Source: Candidatus Latescibacterota bacterium (GTDB lineage Bacteria > Latescibacterota > UBA2968). Taken from it: a stretch of 64,000 bases of DNA. Location: the NCBI GenBank assembly GCA_965222605.1, contig OZ244960.1, positions 64,001 through 128,000 of the forward strand, written 5' to 3'. Both the position numbers and the translations under genes were made by a program. This document shows, piece by piece, positions 1 through 10,481 of this stretch (position 1 is its first letter; the number at the start of each line of letters is the position of its first letter). The notes beneath the pieces were generated by a model. It was not told the DNA's origin. It searched no databases and saw only the letters and a program-made list of their open reading frames with translations.

Positions 1-1385
1 ACATTATGTCCCGTTTTGGCGGAAATTTCGCAAACTTGAACATTACCGCCATAATCTTCTACGACGACATTGTGCTCAGTCAACTCCCGTTTGATTTTGG
101 CGGAATCGGCAGTGGGCAAATCAATTTTGTTAATTGCAATGACGAGGGGCACATTGGCCGCTTTGGCATGATCGATGGCTTCTACCGTCTGTGGCATCAC
201 ACTATCATCTGCCGCCACGACCAGAACGACGACATCGGTTACGCTGGCACCTCTGGCGCGCATTGCCGTGAAGGCCTCGTGCCCAGGCGTATCGAGAAAA
301 CAGATTTCACGACCGTTACTGAGTTCAACGTGATACGCGCCAATATGCTGTGTAATGCCGCCAGCTTCACCTTCCATCACATTGGTCTCTCGGATATAAT
401 CCAAAAGAGATGTTTTCCCGTGATCCACATGCCCCATAATTGTCACTACCGGGGGCCTTGGTTTCAGGGTATCTTTAGACGCTTCTACCTCTGCTTCTTC
501 CAATACCTCTTCACCGTATTCTTCGAGTTGCTCAACGCCAAAACCAAATTCATCGGCAACAAGCGTGATGGTGTCCATATCGAGGCGTTGGTTGATGGTC
601 ACCACCAGGCCCAGTTTGAGACATTGTGTGATGACTTCTGTGGGGCGCACATCCATTTGAGAAGAGAGTTCGCCAACAGTTGTGAACTCATTGACTTTGA
701 GAACTTGTCCGTCTGTGGTCTCCTCTTCTGGCTCTTCACTATCCTGACGACGGCGACGGCGCACCCGTGATGATGATGCGCCACTGGACATTTGCGCCAG
801 TGTTCGACGCACATTTTCTGATACTTCGCGCTCATCAACGACAGGACGCTTGCGCCTGCGACGACGTTTTCGTGGAGACCGCGTGCGGCTTCTCTCTTCC
901 TGTACGGGTTTTTCTTTGGGCTTAGCCGCATCCTGGACCTTGGGTTTTTCTTTTTTCGTTTCCGGCGCTTTTGTTTCGGGTACCTGAACCGGTGTCTGAC
1001 TGACATCTTCTACGACAACAGGCGGATAATCGGTTCGACGTCTTCTGCGCCGCGGGCGTTGCCTATTCTCGCTGCTGGTCTCGGGTTTTGCATCGGGCCG
1101 AACCGAACGGAGCCGACTCACGCGAGGTTTTTTCTTCTGAATCTCGCGTTCTTTTCTTTTATCATCCTTGCGTCTGAGTTTTCGTCGCGTTGCCTGGCGC
1201 TCTGAATCAAATTTCTCTTGCACCGCTTCGACCATGGCAGTCGTACAGACCGCCATGTGGTTTTTGACTTCAAAACCGAGGCTTCTAATCTGCTCAACCA
1301 TTGCGACGCTCGACAAATTGAACTCGCGCGCAATCTCGTAAACTCGTTTTTTCTTAGCTGCTGTTTTGACTTTTGCCTTCGCCAA
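1..1385 (-). CDS. infB: Translation initiation factor IF-2 (partial, runs off window start)
   Basis: TTG at 1385 after a GGAGG RBS reads [22 protein letters not shown]. Near position 1 the frame reads [20 protein letters not shown] (G domain). Lies downstream of nusA. Absent from the ORF track because there is no stop in the window. Confidence 0.95.
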   Translation of the reverse strand, partial: MAKAKVKTAAKKKRVYEIAREFNLSSVAMVEQIRSLGFEVKNHMAVCTTAMVEAVQEKFDSERQATRRKLRRKDDKRKEREIQKKKPRVSRLRSVRPDAKPETSSENRQRPRRRRRRTDYPPVVVEDVSQTPVQVPETKAPETKKEKPKVQDAAKPKEKPVQEERSRTRSPRKRRRRRKRPVVDEREVSENVRRTLAQMSSGASSSRVRRRRRQDSEEPEEETTDGQVLKVNEFTTVGELSSQMDVRPTEVITQCLKLGLVVTINQRLDMDTITLVADEFGFGVEQLEEYGEEVLEEAEVEASKDTLKPRPPVVTIMGHVDHGKTSLLDYIRETNVMEGEAGGITQHIGAYHVELSNGREICFLDTPGHEAFTAMRARGASVTDVVVLVVAADDSVMPQTVEAIDHAKAANVPLVIAINKIDLPTADSAKIKRELTEHNVVVEDYGGNVQVCEISAKTGHN

Positions 1386-1400
1386 TAAGCTCACCTCCGA

Positions 1401-2762
1401 TCACTTGTCAGTTTCAGATGTCTCTTCAGTAGATTTTGCTTCCTCTGCCTCTGCTTGTAAACGCGATTGTTCTTCGCGGTAAGCAGATACTTTTGCATTG
1501 ACAATTTCCTGCGCGGTCTCTCGCAATTTCTCAGCCGTCGTTTCGCCTATGCCTGGCACTTTGAGCAATGTATTGAAGGATACACGGACGAGGTCATTGG
1601 CAGAAAAAATACCCGCGGCCTCGAGACGATCTCGCGTCACTTGCCCCGTACCGGCTACTTCGACCAATGGCACTGTTGTAGCCAGCCGTTCGGCTTGTAT
1701 TTCGTTATAACGGGTTTCCGTCATAATATCGACATGCCAGCCAGTCAACTGCGATGCCAAACGGGCGTTCTGCCCCTCTTTGCCAATAGCCAGAGAAAGC
1801 TGATCATCATCGACAATAGCCGACATGCGTTTTTCGCGTCGGTCAATCACCACGCGGCGAACTGTGGCAGGGTTCAAAGCACGCGACAAAAAGATCGCTT
1901 CGTCGTCACTCCAGGGGACAATATCTATGCGTTCACTGCTCAATTCGCGCACCACAGCCTGTACGCGTGAGCCTTTCATGCCCACACAAGCACCCACGGG
2001 ATCAATGCGCGCATCATTGGAATAAACGGCAATTTTGGCCCGCACACCCGGTTCGCGCGAAACGGCTTTTATTTCTATAACGCCTTCATAAATTTCAGGA
2101 ACCTCAAGCTGGAAAAGCCTTTCGAGAAATACGGGATGTGTGCGGCTCAACACCACCTGGGGACCTTTGGCGGTACGCAAAACATCGAGCAAGTAGGCGC
2201 GAATGGGATCCCCCTGTCGATAGCGTTCCTTTCTGATTTGCTCTTTAAGCGGAATAACCGCTTCTGTTCGCCCCAGGTTGACGAGAATATCCCCCCGACT
2301 GATTTGTTGCACAGTTCCCGAAATAATTTCTCCGATGCGTCCCTGATAATCTTCGTAGATTTTCTCGCGCTCGGCTTCCCTGACCCGCTGTACGAGTACC
2401 TGCCTTGTCGTTTGAATCGCATTGCGCCCAAAATCGGTAAAATTGAGGTGGAGTCTCAATTCCCCACCGACCTTCGCATCTGTGTCTGCTTTGCGCGCTT
2501 GTGTCACGCCAATTTGGATTCCCGGGTCTTCAACCGAGCCGTCGGCAACGATTTCTTTTACTGCTTCAACGACGATCTCTCCAGAGTTGTTGTCGAAGTT
2601 GACTTCCACATTATCCCCGGTTCCAAACCGCTTTTTTGCCGCAGAGATTAACCCCATTTCAAGGGTTTCGATAACAAGATCGCGGTTGACATTTTTTTCC
2701 TGGGCAATTTGCCTTAACGCTTCGAGAACTTCGTAATTCAAGTGAGGATCCTCCTCAACCAT
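1401..2762 (-). CDS. nusA: Transcription termination/antitermination factor NusA
   Basis: FGRNAIQT, S1 and KH motifs (REPGVRAKIAV, DPVGACVGMKGSRV, LSLAIGKEGQNARLA), C-terminal HhH repeats. Confidence 0.97.
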   Translation of the reverse strand: MVEEDPHLNYEVLEALRQIAQEKNVNRDLVIETLEMGLISAAKKRFGTGDNVEVNFDNNSGEIVVEAVKEIVADGSVEDPGIQIGVTQARKADTDAKVGGELRLHLNFTDFGRNAIQTTRQVLVQRVREAEREKIYEDYQGRIGEIISGTVQQISRGDILVNLGRTEAVIPLKEQIRKERYRQGDPIRAYLLDVLRTAKGPQVVLSRTHPVFLERLFQLEVPEIYEGVIEIKAVSREPGVRAKIAVYSNDARIDPVGACVGMKGSRVQAVVRELSSERIDIVPWSDDEAIFLSRALNPATVRRVVIDRREKRMSAIVDDDQLSLAIGKEGQNARLASQLTGWHVDIMTETRYNEIQAERLATTVPLVEVAGTGQVTRDRLEAAGIFSANDLVRVSFNTLLKVPGIGETTAEKLRETAQEIVNAKVSAYREEQSRLQAEAEEAKSTEETSETDK

Positions 2763-3202
2763 TACAACTCAAAATGCACAGTGGCTTTCTGAATTTTTGC
2801 GCGTTCAATAATAGTTCGTTCACCTTGTAACTCGACATCGAGATGATCGGCTTTGACCTGTAAGAGCGTTCCAACTACAACACCGAGGCCATCTACAACA
2901 AGGCGAAGTGATTTGCCGACCACCCGCTCAAAATCTCGGTCTGTCTTTAAGGGCCGCGTCAGGCCCGGGGATGAAACTTCGAGCAGATATGTGCCATCAA
3001 CCGGATCGCGCGTATCCAATATATCTGCAATATCCCGACTGAGCGCAGCACATTCATCAACTGTAATCCCATCGGGACGATCGACAAAGATGCGTACGAT
3101 TTTTCGTCTATGACCGCCAGAAACAGCCAGCTCAACCAACTCGACATCCCGAAGGTTGAGAAGCGGAAGAATCAGATGGGTCAGGGTGTCTTTGATAAGC
3201 AT
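2762..3202 (-). CDS. rimP: Ribosome maturation factor RimP
   Basis: GITVDEC and YLLEVSSPGLTRPL motifs; TAATG coupling to nusA; alternative TTG start at 3214. Confidence 0.95.
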   Translation of the reverse strand: MLIKDTLTHLILPLLNLRDVELVELAVSGGHRRKIVRIFVDRPDGITVDECAALSRDIADILDTRDPVDGTYLLEVSSPGLTRPLKTDRDFERVVGKSLRLVVDGLGVVVGTLLQVKADHLDVELQGERTIIERAKIQKATVHFEL

Positions 3203-3292
3203 TGGATAACTCAAGACTGCCGCTTTACCGCGTCTGGTGGCTATGCCGGGCCTGTGCTTACGCTGGCGGTTCTAATTACACCCCATATACTC

Positions 3293-3317
3293 AAAAGAGT
3301 GGGCAGAAGCCCACTCT
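3293..3317 (-). promoter_or_regulatory. rimP leader hairpin (attenuator-like)
   Basis: Minus strand AGAGTGGG-cttctg-CCCACTCT-TTT upstream of rimP, resembling the conserved rimP-leader stem-loop. Confidence 0.7.
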
Positions 3318-3385
3318 GTAATTAGAAACCAAATATAGAAAATTATATAGTATAACGCAAGTTTTATTTCCCCGCATCCGATGCT

Positions 3386-3751
3386 TTATCCCCCTTCTAT
3401 TAATTGCTTAAGTTCAACTAACATCCGCCGCAATTCAACCAGTGGATTTTCAACATTAGATATCGCGCCTTCAATACTCTGATTTTCCCATAAACTGTGG
3501 TCTATCTTCAGCCTTTCAACCGCTCCTTGAATCGTGTATTTCTGGGCGTAGAGCAAGTCCTTAATTGCCAAAATGACCTTGATATTTCGCTCTGTGTACG
3601 TGCGATTGCCCGACCGACCACGCCTGGGATTCAGTTGAGAAAATTCCTTTTCCCAAAACCGCAGGACATGAGATTCTACACCAGTGAGTTCCGATACCTC
3701 GCGGATCGAATAATAGAGCTTTTTTATGCCCCTTGAACGCATAGATATCAC
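3386..3751 (-). CDS. MerR-family transcriptional regulator
   Basis: YYSIREVSELTGVESHVLRFWEKEF...GNRTY MerR HTH. Confidence 0.9.
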   Translation of the reverse strand: MISMRSRGIKKLYYSIREVSELTGVESHVLRFWEKEFSQLNPRRGRSGNRTYTERNIKVILAIKDLLYAQKYTIQGAVERLKIDHSLWENQSIEGAISNVENPLVELRRMLVELKQLIEGG

Positions 3752-5052
3752 TTCTTTTTAAATAAGATACGGATGGGTATGCCGAAAAAGTCAAACGCCT
3801 GTCTGAGCCTGCGCTCTAAAAATCGACGATAGTGCACGGGAACATCCTTGGGGCGCCCGGTAAAAAAGAGAATAGTTGGCGGTGCACTGCGCGGCATAAC
3901 GCAGAAAGACATGCGAAAGACCCGTCCATTTTTTGTAGGCGGAGCCGTTGTTGCATTGAGATGCGTCAAAAAGTCGTTCAAATCGCCCGTTGAAATGCGA
4001 TGCCGACGTTTCAGTGCCACATCCAAAGCCATATCAATAACGCGCCACGCGCGTTGCCCCGTAAGTGCCGAGAGAAAAACAATGGGATAGTTTTTGAGAT
4101 GTACAAAGCGCGAACGGATTTGTTGGGCTATTTTGTCGGCTGTGTGGCCGTCTTTTTCAACCAGATCCCATTTGTTGATGCCCACGATCAGCCCTTTGCC
4201 CAGCGCGACAGCGCGTTCTGAGATTTTGACATCCTGTACTGTACACCCTTCCACTGCATCAACCAGCACAATCGCCACATCGCATCGTTCAAGGCTTTCT
4301 ACGGTACGCAGCGAACTGTAAAAATCGACTTGCTCTTTAACGCGCGTTCGCCGTCTCAAACCCGCTGTGTCAACCAGAATAAATGGCCGTCCATTGCGTT
4401 CCATCGAGAGGTCAATCGCATCGCGTGTTGTTCCTGGAATTTCGCTCACCACTACCCGCTCCCGCCCCAGCAAGCGATTCACAAAGGTGGATTTACCCAT
4501 GTTCGGGCGGCCCAATACCGCGATTCGAGGAGGCAATTCTTCTTGTGAATCGCCTGCTTCTTCTGGCAAACATGTGAGGATGTCATCCAGCAAGTCACCC
4601 GATTGCCGCCCATTAATAGCAGAAACGCACAGCGGATCGCCAAGTGCGAGACCGTAAAAGGCCGTGCCATCGGCTTCGTTCTCATCTTTATCGACTTTGT
4701 TGACAATCAGCCGATAAGGTGCGCCCAAATCCCGGATCTTGCGCGCCATAATTGCGTCGTAATCCGTAGGACCAGTCTGTGCATCAACCACAAAGAGCAA
4801 CAGGTCTGCTTCCCCAAGGACAAGCTCGACCTGTCGGGAAACCAGATCGGTGATTATTTCGTCTGAATTGGGCACATATCCACCCGTATCGACTAATGTA
4901 AAGGTTCTGCCATTCCAGGTACACTGTGCATAGTTGCGATCGCGCGTGACACCGGGAAAGGCATCTACCACAGCTTTGCGCTCGCCAATCAGCCGATTAA
5001 AAAGCGTTGACTTGCCGACATTTGGCCGCCCCACAATCGCCACGACGCCCAT
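3748..5052 (-). CDS. der: Ribosome biogenesis GTPase Der (EngA)
   Basis: Two G domains (GRPNVGKS/DTGG/NKVD and GRPNMGKS/DTAG/NKWD) plus KH-like C-terminus. Confidence 0.97.
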   Translation of the reverse strand: MGVVAIVGRPNVGKSTLFNRLIGERKAVVDAFPGVTRDRNYAQCTWNGRTFTLVDTGGYVPNSDEIITDLVSRQVELVLGEADLLLFVVDAQTGPTDYDAIMARKIRDLGAPYRLIVNKVDKDENEADGTAFYGLALGDPLCVSAINGRQSGDLLDDILTCLPEEAGDSQEELPPRIAVLGRPNMGKSTFVNRLLGRERVVVSEIPGTTRDAIDLSMERNGRPFILVDTAGLRRRTRVKEQVDFYSSLRTVESLERCDVAIVLVDAVEGCTVQDVKISERAVALGKGLIVGINKWDLVEKDGHTADKIAQQIRSRFVHLKNYPIVFLSALTGQRAWRVIDMALDVALKRRHRISTGDLNDFLTHLNATTAPPTKNGRVFRMSFCVMPRSAPPTILFFTGRPKDVPVHYRRFLERRLRQAFDFFGIPIRILFKKK

Positions 5053-5055
5053 TGC

Positions 5056-6522
5056 CTAATTCTCCATCTGATGTGAGGAAATATACGGGTGCGCCACAAT
5101 CTCACTGCCTGCGCCCACAGAAGCCGACATACCACCAACGGCATTTTGAATGGTCTCCACCAAATCGTAAGTACCCACAATCGCCCGACATCCCACCTGC
5201 TGCTCCAGATCTTTGAGCAAGAGATCATCTAAAAATAGGCCATTGTGATTCAAGCAGTTGGGAGGTAAAAGAACGGTCTCATTGCTTCTGACACAGGCAT
5301 CTACAAGTGCGCGACCAATATCATTGCCCGACAGCAAGCCAGAAACCGTTATGCCCTTGCCAAGAAAACGATTGACGACTGGCACAACGCGAGCATCGAT
5401 CCAAGAAATTTGGTTCAAGCGTTTGACCATTGTATCTAAAAAATGCATCCCCAACATACCCGTTACAAGAACAAAACGCTGCGGCGGCAATGCTAAATTT
5501 TGGAGTTCCTCAATCCGATTCTCAAATCCATCGACAAAACGGCGAACCATGCCGATTCCGTTTTCGACAAGTGGAAACCCATCGTATTCAGATTGCGGCG
5601 GCACAGATTGGCCCGTCAGCAAATACATTTCATCGCCCAAATACACAAAGCGTGTGCCCAGACGTTTTTGGAGCATTTCCTGCCACGCTGTTATCTGGCG
5701 GATTGCCATGGCTGCATCGGCGTGCGTCACGCGGTTCAACCTGGGAAGATTTTTGCGAAATTTGGTCAAGCCCAGTGGCACAACCCCCACGGATTCAACG
5801 CGCGGATGACGCGCCGCAAGATCAAAAACCGTCTGTTTGAGTGCCTGACCATCGTTGATACCCGGGCACAATACCACTTGCGCGTGCATCTGAATTCCCT
5901 GCCTGGCTAAGATATCAATCCGATCCAAAACAGGTGTTGCCTGTCTGCGACCGAGCAACTCGGCTCGCAATTTGGGATCCGTGGCGTGAACCGAGATGTA
6001 CATTGGACTCAATTTTTGGTCAATAATGCGCTGAAATTCATCCTTAGAAAGGTTCGTCAGCGTGACATAAGCCCCATGTAGAAAAGACAATCGATAGTCG
6101 TCATCCTGGTAATACAGCGTTTTACGCAGACCTTTGGGCATCTGATGCAAAAAGCAAAAAACGCACTTGTTATCGCATTTGAGAATGGGCATATCTTCAA
6201 AATCCACGCCCAGATCGTCTTCAATATCTTTTTCAATCTCAAATAAAAATCGATCCTCGCCTCGCCGCACTAAGGCCGACACGTCTTCTTCACCCATGTG
6301 AAAACGGTAATCAATGGGATCGCGCACGGGATGTCCATTGATCGTTTCTACGACATCGCCGCGCTGCAACCCGATTGCTTCTCCAATCCCATCGGGATGT
6401 ACCAAACGGATTTGCAAACCGGTATCAACGCGTTCAACACTGCGTCGCCCCTCAACTTGTGCCCCTCTTATAACATCCATTTCGATTCCAGTAATTGATT
6501 GTTGGACAATGTAATATCCCAA
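5056..6522 (-). CDS. PDZ + radical-SAM-like Fe-S protein (DUF512 family)
   Basis: N-terminal PDZ-like region, CDNKCVFC (CxxxCxxC), DDDYRLSF, VLCPGIND and ENGIG motifs; start may be 6480. Confidence 0.85.
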   Translation of the reverse strand: MGYYIVQQSITGIEMDVIRGAQVEGRRSVERVDTGLQIRLVHPDGIGEAIGLQRGDVVETINGHPVRDPIDYRFHMGEEDVSALVRRGEDRFLFEIEKDIEDDLGVDFEDMPILKCDNKCVFCFLHQMPKGLRKTLYYQDDDYRLSFLHGAYVTLTNLSKDEFQRIIDQKLSPMYISVHATDPKLRAELLGRRQATPVLDRIDILARQGIQMHAQVVLCPGINDGQALKQTVFDLAARHPRVESVGVVPLGLTKFRKNLPRLNRVTHADAAMAIRQITAWQEMLQKRLGTRFVYLGDEMYLLTGQSVPPQSEYDGFPLVENGIGMVRRFVDGFENRIEELQNLALPPQRFVLVTGMLGMHFLDTMVKRLNQISWIDARVVPVVNRFLGKGITVSGLLSGNDIGRALVDACVRSNETVLLPPNCLNHNGLFLDDLLLKDLEQQVGCRAIVGTYDLVETIQNAVGGMSASVGAGSEIVAHPYISSHQMEN

Positions 6523-6750
6523 TAACTTATAAGTGTTCCTGAATTATCAAAACTTACGATAAAGCGAAAATAAGGTCAAGAAAAAAGCCGATTCTCCACT
6601 ATGCCCAAAGATTTAATATCTGACAAATTCAGAGCATCTCCTTATCTTGAATATAATCAAAATACAAAAAAAATTCTTCGGTCAACACGGTAGGTTATCC
6701 CCTTTGCGAATATATGAACGGATAACCCACTTTTGAAGAGGACACACCTC

Positions 6751-7443
6751 ATGCCCGATCACACCTGCATCTCAGTTATTATTCCGGTTTTTAACGAGCA
6801 GGATGCCATAGAAAAAGTAATTGGTGACATTCCCAGTGATCTACCTGCTGAAATCATCGTTGTCGATAATGGATCTACTGACCAAACCGCAAAATTAGCC
6901 GCCGCAATGGGCGCACGCATTGTTCGAGAAAATCGCCGGGGATACGGTTCTGCCTGCCTTGCGGGCATAGCAGCAACCAGGGAACCAGACATCGTCGTCT
7001 TTCTCGATGGCGACTACAGCGATCACCCCAACGAAATGTCAGATTTGATAGCGCCCATCCTGGAAAATCGCGCTGACCTCGTGATTGGCTCGCGCGTTTT
7101 GGGCAATAGCGAACCCGGTGCGCTGATGATTCAGGCGCGTTTTGGCAACCGTCTGGCCACCAGCCTTATCAAAATCCTCTTTGGCGTATCCTACACAGAT
7201 CTGGGACCTTTTCGAGCGATTCGCTATGGGACACTCATGGACTTAAATATGCGGGATAAAACTTTTGGATGGACAGTAGAAATGCAGGTCAAAGCAGCAA
7301 AACGGGCATTAAAAATACAAGAAGTGCCAGTAAGTTATAGAAAACGCATTGGCGTTTCCAAAATTACTGGCACTCTAAAAGGCACCCTCAAGGCAGGGTG
7401 GAAAATTTTATTTACAATTTTTAGGTACTGGTTTACAAAGTGA
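6751..7443 (+). CDS. Glycosyltransferase family 2 (DPM-synthase-like)
   Basis: VIIPVFNE, VVDNGSTD, FLDGD and TDLGPFR motifs. Confidence 0.9.
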   Translation: MPDHTCISVIIPVFNEQDAIEKVIGDIPSDLPAEIIVVDNGSTDQTAKLAAAMGARIVRENRRGYGSACLAGIAATREPDIVVFLDGDYSDHPNEMSDLIAPILENRADLVIGSRVLGNSEPGALMIQARFGNRLATSLIKILFGVSYTDLGPFRAIRYGTLMDLNMRDKTFGWTVEMQVKAAKRALKIQEVPVSYRKRIGVSKITGTLKGTLKAGWKILFTIFRYWFTK

Positions 7444-7470
7444 GACTAAAAGCTCCCCCATCCCCGCTTC

Positions 7471-7767
7471 TCACTTCTTTGTGTCATCTATATGCTGTTC
7501 CAAACGCTTGAGTGCTTCATCTATGCGAATGTGGTCTCCTCTGTGCCGAGTGCGTTGACGCGCAATTTGATCGGCAATATCAAATGCAGCCATCAGTGCA
7601 ATCTGGGTGGTATCACCTATATTTTCGGTCTCGGCAATTTCATGCATTTTTTCATCGACAAAATTTGAAATTTTAGAGGTATATTCCTCCGATTCCTCAC
7701 TGCTGAGTACATATTCAGAGCCAAAGATCATCACCTTGGTCTTATGTAAATCATCAGAATGGGACAT
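7471..7767 (-). CDS. zapA: Cell division protein ZapA family
   Basis: KVMIFGSEYVL...FVDEKMHEI...IALMAAFDIA followed by a coiled coil. Confidence 0.8.
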   Translation of the reverse strand: MSHSDDLHKTKVMIFGSEYVLSSEESEEYTSKISNFVDEKMHEIAETENIGDTTQIALMAAFDIADQIARQRTRHRGDHIRIDEALKRLEQHIDDTKK

Positions 7768-7839
7768 AGTATAACTTTACTTACGTTGTGCTGCGCGTGC
7801 AGCAGTCAGATTACCCAACTACCCCACCCCGCACTATGA

Positions 7840-8091
7840 TCACGGCTTTGCCACAAGGTCCAGGCGAACTACGCCATCGGTAGCAGGCACTTCCAATTCT
7901 ACAATCCATCCTTTGACGACCTCACTTCTCACAACTATTTCTTTGGCATCTTTTGAAATAACTTTGGCATCTTTTGACACACGCGCCAGCGCGTGACACT
8001 TGTCATCATCCACACAGAAATAACGCTGAATCCGCGCTTCGGGCATTCCCCCAAGTCTGGGACATTCGGCTTCATGTTTTTCTTTGTCCAT
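7840..8091 (-). CDS. Hypothetical protein (83 aa)
   Basis: ORF between nadD and zapA on the same strand; internal SKDAK duplication. Confidence 0.5.
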   Translation of the reverse strand: MDKEKHEAECPRLGGMPEARIQRYFCVDDDKCHALARVSKDAKVISKDAKEIVVRSEVVKGWIVELEVPATDGVVRLDLVAKP

Positions 8092-8133
8092 AACAAAACC
8101 AGTCAAAAATTTTGGGTCTCTGTCCCACTACTT

Positions 8134-8715
8134 CTAAAGATACAAACCGTGGGTTCTAATATAATCTGCAACAGCGTCGGGAACAAAAAAAGAAATCGGT
8201 CTTTTTTTCCGTACGCGTTCTCTAATCGCCGTTGACGAAATATCCAGCAGAGGCGTTTCAACAAACCGCATCTTGGATTTGAAAGCGGGATCAACGCGCG
8301 CGCGCTCAAAACCTGAGCGTTCAGCCACGAGTACATGAGCCAAATCCAACACGCCTTCGGGGTCGAACCAGTCACCCATTTCAACAGCATTATCGGCACC
8401 AATGATCAAGAATATCTTTGTGTTCTCACCCATATTCCGGCGCAAGTGACGCAAGGTATCAATCGTATAGGATTTTCCGGGGCGCGACAACTCAAATCGA
8501 CTCAGTTCAAATCCCGGATAATCGCGCACGGCCAGGCTGACCATCATCGCGCGATCTTCAGCCGAAGCCATAGTGCGTTTGAGCGGCGGTTCGCCCGACG
8601 GCATAAACACAACCCGATCGAGCGCGCATTGGAGCATGATTTCCTGCCCAATAATTAAATGCCCAATGTGAATGGGATCAAATGTCCCGCCAAAAATGCC
8701 AATGTGCCTTGCCAT
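8134..8715 (-). CDS. nadD: Nicotinate-nucleotide adenylyltransferase
   Basis: GIFGGTFDPIHIGH, SYTIDT, IIGAD and ISSTAIR motifs; ATG at 8715 directly after the bamD stop. Confidence 0.95.
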   Translation of the reverse strand: MARHIGIFGGTFDPIHIGHLIIGQEIMLQCALDRVVFMPSGEPPLKRTMASAEDRAMMVSLAVRDYPGFELSRFELSRPGKSYTIDTLRHLRRNMGENTKIFLIIGADNAVEMGDWFDPEGVLDLAHVLVAERSGFERARVDPAFKSKMRFVETPLLDISSTAIRERVRKKRPISFFVPDAVADYIRTHGLYL

Positions 8716-8716
8716 G

Positions 8717-9481
8717 CTAAGGTTTTTCAACGTGCAATTTGGCTTTTGTTTTTTCCATCTCTTCAATGACTTTTGCCTTCAGCTTCTCTGGCAAATCCTG
8801 CCCCATCAGCAATGTGAGTTCATTGAGAGCCTCATCAAGTGCCCCAGTCTTCAAATTGACCTGTGCAATAATAAAGCGCGCCTCTAAAGCAGCCTCTGTA
8901 TCGGGGTATTCCTTCAATACGCCTTCGGCGTAGAGTTTGGCCGAAGTATAATATTTCCACAGAATATAATCGTATGCAATCATGACTTCCTTACGGGCCA
9001 GTTGATTGCGCAATGCGTTAATTCTTTCCTCTGCCTCAGATACGAAATCGCTTTGGGGATAGTCTTCGATAAACCGCGCAAATTCCCGAATCGCCTTGTG
9101 CGTCTCATCTTGATCGTGGTGAATATCGCGCGCATCCTGATAATAACACTCGCCAATCTGGAAGCGCGCTTCGGCGGCATAAGGACTCACGGGATATTCG
9201 TTGAGCAGACGTTCGTATTCAAAAATAGCTGTCACATAATCTTTTTGACACTGAAAAGCTTTGCCCAACCCAAACTGCGCCTCATCTGACAAATGAGACC
9301 CGGGAAAATCCGATAGCATATTTCTAAACAATAATTCGGCGTCATAGCACTTCTTGTTTTTTAGTGCCTGTTGCGCGTCTTCGTAATAAATCTCTGGACT
9401 CAGTCGCCGATATTTTTGTTGTGCACACCCCAAACTCAACGCGATCAGACACGCACAATAGATATATAAAAACCGTCTCAT
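8717..9481 (-). CDS. bamD: Outer membrane assembly lipoprotein BamD
   Basis: Lipobox LSLGC; TPR-like repeats with YPVSPYA, DQDETHKAI and YPQSDF. Confidence 0.85.
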   Translation of the reverse strand: MRRFLYIYCACLIALSLGCAQQKYRRLSPEIYYEDAQQALKNKKCYDAELLFRNMLSDFPGSHLSDEAQFGLGKAFQCQKDYVTAIFEYERLLNEYPVSPYAAEARFQIGECYYQDARDIHHDQDETHKAIREFARFIEDYPQSDFVSEAEERINALRNQLARKEVMIAYDYILWKYYTSAKLYAEGVLKEYPDTEAALEARFIIAQVNLKTGALDEALNELTLLMGQDLPEKLKAKVIEEMEKTKAKLHVEKP

Positions 9482-9756
9482 AATCCGCCAATCTGCATGA
9501 TCCAAAGAACTGTTAACATATCGTCCTGTCTGATAAACGATGCAGATTCTGTAATGTTCCCCAGTTTCTTAAACAAAAAAGGGCGCGTTTTTCCCGCGCT
9601 TCATTTCAAAATCTTCAAAAATATAAGACCTTTACAACATAAGCAAACCCACCTATCAAGTCAAGAATACCGACTTGGTAATCATGATCTCTTGACTTGC
9701 ATAAGAGATTTTCGCATGAATGTTAAGTGCCTAAACAAAAACCTAAGAGGTACTCC

Positions 9757-9906
9757 ATGCCCCGCGTCCTTGTCATCGGGAGTTCCAACACCGATCTAAT
9801 TATTCGCGCCAGCAAATTGCCATCGCCGGGCGAAACAGTACTCGGCGGCACATTTTTTATTGCCGGAGGTGGCAAAGGCGCCAACCAGGCCGTTGCCGCA
9901 GCCCGC
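9757..9906 (+). pseudogene. rbsK: Ribokinase 5' fragment (first ~50 codons only)
   Basis: MPRVLVIGSSNTDL...PGETVLG...GGGKGANQAVAAAR, then non-homologous sequence and a stop at 10020; GAGG RBS. Confidence 0.85.
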
Positions 9907-10048
9907 GATCCCCACCAGAGATCAAATCGACGCGCTGTTGGCGAATCTCCCTTGACGACATCCCCACCTTGTCCTATATTTCTATTCCCTTTCCCAGACT
10001 CCCTCCCCCTCTCTCCCTGATGCCATCCCGTATCAGAAAGGAAATCTA

Positions 10049-10225
10049 ATGGGTTTGAGGAAGGCGAACGCGATCAGGCTCGATTTCGATGACCTCGTCA
10101 AAGAACTCGACGATTTCGAGCAAGACATTAGAACCCTTCAGGACCGTATAGACCAACTCATCACCAACGCGCGACAAAAACCAGTCAAAGCCATTACGAG
10201 CGAAGGCGATATGGGCACGACCTGA
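10049..10225 (+). CDS. Small coiled-coil protein (58 aa, not in ORF track)
   Basis: AAGGA RBS; MGLRKANAIRLDFDDLVKELDDFEQDIRTLQDRIDQLI heptad pattern; followed by a terminator. Confidence 0.7.
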   Translation: MGLRKANAIRLDFDDLVKELDDFEQDIRTLQDRIDQLITNARQKPVKAITSEGDMGTT

Positions 10226-10236
10226 ACACACAAATA

Positions 10237-10271
10237 AACAGGCGGGTATTCTTCCCGCCTGTTATTTTTTT
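10237..10271 (+). terminator. Rho-independent terminator
   Basis: AACAGGCGGG-tattctt-CCCGCCTGTT followed by a T run. Confidence 0.8.
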
Positions 10272-10276
10272 ACACC

Positions 10277-10471
10277 ATGTTCTACACCACTATATTTGCC
10301 ATCGTCCTCATCATTGTCATATCGGTCAAATATTTCTACAAACCCGTTGAACGCTGTCCCGAATGCAATACCCCGCGCGAATCCGATCATCCGATATGCC
10401 CTTGTGGCTATGTTTTTGAATTTCCCGATGATGATGATCCCCTCGAATACGGCGATCCCGAAGATCAGTAA
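10277..10471 (+). CDS. Small membrane-anchored zinc-ribbon protein (64 aa)
   Basis: N-terminal hydrophobic helix, CPEC...CPCG, acidic tail. Confidence 0.7.
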   Translation: MFYTTIFAIVLIIVISVKYFYKPVERCPECNTPRESDHPICPCGYVFEFPDDDDPLEYGDPEDQ

Positions 10472-10481
10472 AGGAATCCCC

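Noticed and set aside
6-770. 254-aa plus-strand ORF
   Set aside because: Antisense shadow of infB.
7444-7470. 6S RNA downstream of zapA
   Set aside because: Only 27 nt separate zapA from the convergent GT2 gene.
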